Of a DNA stretch of 40,629 bases, positions 36,206 through 40,629 are shown piece by piece. Each line of letters opens with the position of its first letter. Positions within the stretch are counted from its first letter, which is position 1. The notes below the pieces were generated by a model. The model saw only the letters and a program-made list of their open reading frames with translations, was not told the DNA's origin and ran no database searches. The stretch spans positions 8,238 to 48,866 of the forward strand of contig MGTN01000084.1 in the NCBI GenBank assembly GCA_001799475.1, in the 5' to 3' direction. Made by a program: the position numbers and the translations under genes. Origin of the DNA: Desulfovibrionales bacterium GWA2_65_9 (GTDB taxonomy: Bacteria > Desulfobacterota > Desulfovibrionia > Desulfovibrionales > Desulfovibrionaceae).

Positions 36206-38175
36206 CCCCAAAAAAGAATCCGGCCAAGCCGAGCCTTCTCTACGTGGACGACGAACGGGAGAATCTGCAAAGCTTCAAGGCGCTATTCCGCCGCGACTAC
36301 CAGGTGTTTCTCGCTGAAACAGCGCAGGCCGCGCTTGAGATAATGCGGACGGAAGACATCAGTGTCCTGGTCACGGACCAACGGATGCCGGAGGTGACCG
36401 GAACAGTGCTGCTGGAGCAGGCTGCAAAGGAATTCCCGAATGCTCTGCGATATATGCTCACGGGCTACAGCGACTACGACCCCCTTGTGGACGCCATCAA
36501 CAAGGGCCGGGTCCAGGGCTATTTCACCAAGCCTTTGAATCCGCTGGAATTCATGGAGCGCATCAACACGGGGCTGGGCGTTTCCCTGCTCAAGAAGCAG
36601 AACCAGCAATTGCTGGTGGAGCTTCAGGAGAGCCAGGCCAAGCTGGAACACGCGCATCAGCTCGCCCAGATCGGCATCTGGGACTGGGATCGGCAGGCCG
36701 ACAGGACCTCCTGGTCCAAGGAGCTCTTCCGGATAGCTGGCCGGGACCCGGAGCTTGGGGCGCCGTCCTTGGCCGGACACGCCTCCATTTTTGGGGCGGA
36801 AAGCTGGGAACGCCTGAAAATCGTCGTGGACAGAGCCTTGAGGACGGGAGAACCCTACAAGCTGGAACTTGAGATGATCCGCCCGGACAGCAGCGGGCGC
36901 TGGGTGTACGCCGTTGGCGGGCCGACCACAGATCCGCACGGAGCGGTAACCGGGCTGCACGGCACGGTCCAGGACATCACCGAGGAAAAGCTGGCCAAGG
37001 AAGAGCTGCGCCGGGCCAGGGACGCAGCCGATGCCGCCAATGTCGCCAAGAGCGAATTTCTGGCGAACATGAGCCATGAGATCCGCACGCCGCTCAACGG
37101 CATCCTGGGCATGCTCCAGCTTTTGAAGGACAAGAGCCAGGACGAAGACCGCAGGAGCTACGAAGAGATGGCCATGATCTCCGGGAAGCGGCTGCTCCAA
37201 CTGCTCACCGACATACTGGACTTCTCCGCCCTGGAGGCCGGGAGGATGCGCTTCAAGTCCGACGTGCTGGATCTGGATGCGCTGCTGCAAGCCACGCACG
37301 GCATCTTCGAGCAGGCCAGCACGGCGAAGAATCTCCGGCTCACGATGAGCACTGACGCCTCGGTGCCCCAGGGCCTGCTGGGAGACAACGCCAGGGTCCA
37401 GCAGGTGCTCTTCAACCTGGTTGGGAACGCGGTGAAGTTCACGAATGCCGGGGCGGTGGCCGTCAATGCCTGGGCGCAGCCGGGAAAATGCCCGGAGGAC
37501 GTGCATCTGTACTTTGTCGTGAGCGATACGGGCATAGGGGTGCAGGACCATCTCCTGGGGCATGTCTTTGAGAGCTTCACCCAGGCGAATTCCGCCTTCA
37601 CGCGGGAATACCAGGGGTCCGGCCTGGGGCTGGCCATAGTCAGGAGAATCGTCCAGCACATGGGGGGCAGCGTCTGCGTCGACAGCACATTTGACGTTGG
37701 AACAACGGTGTATGTACACCTGCCATTGAAGCGGCGCCTGCATTCCTCCGGGGCGCCTCTGGCCCCAAGGGAGCAGGGCCTGACACGGGCCGCTGCGGGC
37801 CTGCATGTATTGATAGTGGACGACGAGCCCATCGGATGCCTGGCGTTGCAGGTCCTGCTGGAGGCCATGGGACACGAGGTCCAGTGCGTCGAAAATGGGC
37901 TGGAGGCCTTGGATGCCGTCCTGGCTGCACAGTATGACTGCATTTTCATGGATATCCAAATGCCCGTAATGAACGGTGTCACAGCCACAAAGACATTGCG
38001 CAATGACCCGAAATTCAGGGATAAGTCTGGGGTTCACATCATCGCCATGACCGCGTACGCCATGGATGGCGACCGGGAGCTTTTTCTGGCGGATGGCATG
38101 AACGACTATGTTGCAAAGCCTGCGGGCATTGAGGCCATCCAGGCGGCCTTGGAGCGGTTTCTGGCTTCCCGCTGA
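36199..38175 (+). CDS. REC-PAS-HisKA-HATPase-REC hybrid histidine kinase
   Basis: 'YVDDE', PAS_3 'GIWDWD', '[15 protein letters not shown]', 'GNAVKFT', 'GSGLGL', 'FMDIQMP'; GGAGGAG RBS. Confidence 0.92.
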   Translation: MLTPKKNPAKPSLLYVDDERENLQSFKALFRRDYQVFLAETAQAALEIMRTEDISVLVTDQRMPEVTGTVLLEQAAKEFPNALRYMLTGYSDYDPLVDAINKGRVQGYFTKPLNPLEFMERINTGLGVSLLKKQNQQLLVELQESQAKLEHAHQLAQIGIWDWDRQADRTSWSKELFRIAGRDPELGAPSLAGHASIFGAESWERLKIVVDRALRTGEPYKLELEMIRPDSSGRWVYAVGGPTTDPHGAVTGLHGTVQDITEEKLAKEELRRARDAADAANVAKSEFLANMSHEIRTPLNGILGMLQLLKDKSQDEDRRSYEEMAMISGKRLLQLLTDILDFSALEAGRMRFKSDVLDLDALLQATHGIFEQASTAKNLRLTMSTDASVPQGLLGDNARVQQVLFNLVGNAVKFTNAGAVAVNAWAQPGKCPEDVHLYFVVSDTGIGVQDHLLGHVFESFTQANSAFTREYQGSGLGLAIVRRIVQHMGGSVCVDSTFDVGTTVYVHLPLKRRLHSSGAPLAPREQGLTRAAAGLHVLIVDDEPIGCLALQVLLEAMGHEVQCVENGLEALDAVLAAQYDCIFMDIQMPVMNGVTATKTLRNDPKFRDKSGVHIIAMTAYAMDGDRELFLADGMNDYVAKPAGIEAIQAALERFLASR

Positions 38176-38366
38176 CGCCAGCAGCCCGTGGGCCAGGCGA
38201 TGGCTTTGATGCGCCTGATGACGCAGAACGGTTTGGTCCTGTTCTCTTTTTTGGTGTATTGGATCGGGCATCCCGCAGTTGTGCCGCAGCCCCCCGGTGA
38301 TTTTCGGGGCTGTTGGCTGCTGCGGCAGGGATGAAGCTCCTGCGTTCTTAGCCCAGGGAGGGCACC

Positions 38367-40629
38367 TTGCATACTGCGACCACGCCTCCAAACAATGCTG
38401 CAACGTCCGCCCCTGGCCGTGCCGGGCCGGCAGCTCCCACCCCCTTGGCGCAGGCCAGCCCCAACCGGCGCGCCCGCCAGATGGCGCTGCTCTGCGCCAT
38501 CGGCACCCTGGCGCTGGGAGCCTTTGGGCTGGTGGACGCGCTCACGGGGCAGCGGCTCTTTGGCGGAAGCCTGCTGCCCCAGTATATCCCCATGGCCGTG
38601 AGCACCGCCGCCCTGTTCATTTTCTTCAGCGGGCTTCTTGCCTTGGCGATTGTCGGCCAAAGGCCGGGCAGTCGGCCGGTGCTGCTGCTGACCGTTGGCC
38701 TTGTCACCCTGCTTGGCGCATCGGAGTGCGTGCAATACCTGTTCGGGCTTCCAGACCTTGCCCTGGAGCGCCACTACAACCGCTTCCTGACCCAGCTTCT
38801 GGGCCGGTCGACCCCCATGTCCCCGGTGACCAGCGCGCTTTTCCTCCTGGCCGGTTGCGCCGTCGGGCTGCTTCATTTCCGGCCCAGGCAGACCGTGGCC
38901 GCGTGGCACAACGATGTGGCGGCATATCTTGGCGTCGCGGTCAGTTTCGTCAGCCTGACCCTGCTCGGGGGGTATCTGCACGGCGCCCCGTTTTTCTATG
39001 GCACGCAGGTCGTTCCCGTTGCGGTGACGACATCCATGGCCTTTCTGCTCCTGGGTGCCGGGCTCGTTTACGCAGCCGGGCCCGGGAGCCTCTTCATGAG
39101 CGCCTTCTTCGGGGATTCCGCCAAGGCCCGGCTGATGCGGGTTTTCCCGCCTTTTGTGGCCGCCATGTTCCTGTTTCATCCCGCTATTGAAGTCCTCGTC
39201 TCCAAGGTCGTTGACGTCAACGCCGACCTGCTCTTCAGTCTCCAGGTGACTGTCCTGGCCGCCCTGACCGCAGCCATAACCGCGCTCGCGGTGCGGATCA
39301 TCGGCGTGTCCATGGACCGCGAAACGGTGTTGCGCCAGCAGGCGGAATCCAAGGCCGTCCGAGAGTCGCGCATCAACAAGGCCCAGGCCGAAATCGCCGA
39401 GGCGCTCATCAGGCCCGGAATGACCATTCAGGGCATTGCCGACATCTTGTACCGCATCGCCATGCAGCTCACCGGCAGCAACTTCGCCTTTGTCTCGACC
39501 ATTGACCCGGAAACCGGCGACAACATCGGGCACATGCGCACCGCCATGTTCGAGCATGGACAGTGTGACGTTGGCCGGTGCGACGTGTTCAAGCGAAACC
39601 CGGACGGGTCCTACCCCGCCCTTTGGGGACATGCGCTGAACACGCTTGAGGCGTTCTTCGAGAATGCCCCGGCGAGCCATCCCTCGTCGCGCGGCCTGCC
39701 TGAGGGGCACGCGCCTTTGGAACAGTTTCTGAGCGTGCCGGTGCGCTATGATCAGCAGCTGGTCGGGCAGATCGGCCTGGCCAATCCGGGCCGGGACTTC
39801 ACGCAGGAGGACCTGGACATGCTCCAGCCTCTCTCGGATCTGTTCGCCCTGGGCGTGCACCGCATCCGCTCCGAGCAGGCCCTGCTCGCGGCCAAGGAGG
39901 GCCTGGAAAGAACCGTGCGGCAACGCACGCAGGCCCTTGAAGATGCCAATGTCCAGCTCAGAAGCGAGGTGCGGGAGCGCGAGTTGTACCAGCAGGCGCT
40001 CACCGAGAGCGCCGGCCTGTACCGCGCCGTGGTCGAGGACCAGGGCGAGCTCATCTGCCGCTTCCGGCCGGACGGCGCCATCCTCTTCGCCAACAAGGCC
40101 CACACGCGCATCTTTGGCGGCAGCCTGCTGTCCCCGGCCGAGGATCACAGCCTGCTGCTGCACCGGGGGGCGGAACACAGCCTGGAGGAGCTTCTGGCCC
40201 TGATCACCCAGGACCGCAACGTGCTGGGCTTCGAACAACAGACCACCACCCCTTCCGGCCAGAAGGCCTGGTTCAACTGGACCTGCCGTGGCATCTTCGA
40301 CGATACGGAGACGCTGAGCGCATACCAGCTCGTGGGCCAGGACGTGACGCGGATACGCGAAGCCGAGCAGGCGCTGCGCGACCTCAACGAGAATCTGGAG
40401 GAGAAGGTGCGTGAGCGCACCATCCAGTTGGAGGAACGCACCAAAAGCGTTTTGCAGGTCAACAAGGATCTTGAGTTGGAGGTCGAGAACCGCAAGCGCG
40501 CGGAGCTGGCAAAGCTCCAAGCCGTGTTCGAGCAGCAGGTCAAGGTCCGCCAGATCACGGCGCTCTTTGGACTGGCCGAGGTGCTGAACGCCCGCTGGGA
40601 CAGCCTGGAGGACATGCTCCTCCAGGGGG
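38367..40629 (+). CDS. Multi-TM membrane sensor with GAF and PAS domains (3' truncated by window; absent from ORF track)
   Basis: TTG 38367 after AGGGAGG (ATG 38481 alternative); I translated the frame open to the window end: about 7 hydrophobic segments, GAF 'SRGLPEGHAPLEQFLSVPV', PAS 'YRAVVEDQGELICRFRPDG...GQDVT', coiled coils. Confidence 0.88.
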   Translation, partial: MHTATTPPNNAATSAPGRAGPAAPTPLAQASPNRRARQMALLCAIGTLALGAFGLVDALTGQRLFGGSLLPQYIPMAVSTAALFIFFSGLLALAIVGQRPGSRPVLLLTVGLVTLLGASECVQYLFGLPDLALERHYNRFLTQLLGRSTPMSPVTSALFLLAGCAVGLLHFRPRQTVAAWHNDVAAYLGVAVSFVSLTLLGGYLHGAPFFYGTQVVPVAVTTSMAFLLLGAGLVYAAGPGSLFMSAFFGDSAKARLMRVFPPFVAAMFLFHPAIEVLVSKVVDVNADLLFSLQVTVLAALTAAITALAVRIIGVSMDRETVLRQQAESKAVRESRINKAQAEIAEALIRPGMTIQGIADILYRIAMQLTGSNFAFVSTIDPETGDNIGHMRTAMFEHGQCDVGRCDVFKRNPDGSYPALWGHALNTLEAFFENAPASHPSSRGLPEGHAPLEQFLSVPVRYDQQLVGQIGLANPGRDFTQEDLDMLQPLSDLFALGVHRIRSEQALLAAKEGLERTVRQRTQALEDANVQLRSEVRERELYQQALTESAGLYRAVVEDQGELICRFRPDGAILFANKAHTRIFGGSLLSPAEDHSLLLHRGAEHSLEELLALITQDRNVLGFEQQTTTPSGQKAWFNWTCRGIFDDTETLSAYQLVGQDVTRIREAEQALRDLNENLEEKVRERTIQLEERTKSVLQVNKDLELEVENRKRAELAKLQAVFEQQVKVRQITALFGLAEVLNARWDSLEDMLLQG

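Noticed and set aside
38106-40520. 804-aa minus-strand ORF
   Set aside because: Shadow of the plus-strand sensor gene, which the ORF track omitted because it has no stop within the window

Overview
This GC-rich window is from a sulfate-reducing deltaproteobacterium (Desulfovibrionaceae-like gene content). 1-15.3 kb is core genome on the + strand: the end of a System I cytochrome c maturation operon (ccmF'-A-B-C-D-TPR/ccmI), a livKHMGF ABC transporter, guaB-guaA, one ORF fusing TatB to TatC through a 12-bp-minisatellite linker, hisB, a lipoprotein and hisA. 15.3-16.6 kb is an islet with an AT-rich SeqA-N-like/RAMA-like gene and a higBA toxin-antitoxin pair whose toxin looks leaderless. Next come SulP, a minus-strand Lrp-RAM/GH3 lipoprotein/YciI operon, and cstA with 21-bp-period LytTR boxes. 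Its lytR-lytS regulator pair is bracketed by two inverted, internally deleted IS5-family remnants. An RlmL-like methyltransferase, a CHASE4-PAS-GGDEF-EAL protein and an MBL hydrolase follow. From about 30.6 kb the region is accessory and shows decay: a Mo-oxidoreductase remnant, an IS481 remnant and an HD-GYP remnant. It ends in a phosphorelay cluster: a Cache-HAMP-Hpt protein that apparently lost its kinase core in frame, two hybrid kinases, and a membrane GAF-PAS sensor missed by the ORF track that runs off the window end. I saw no rRNA, tRNA or CRISPR array. All family calls come from motif recognition by eye, not database searches.
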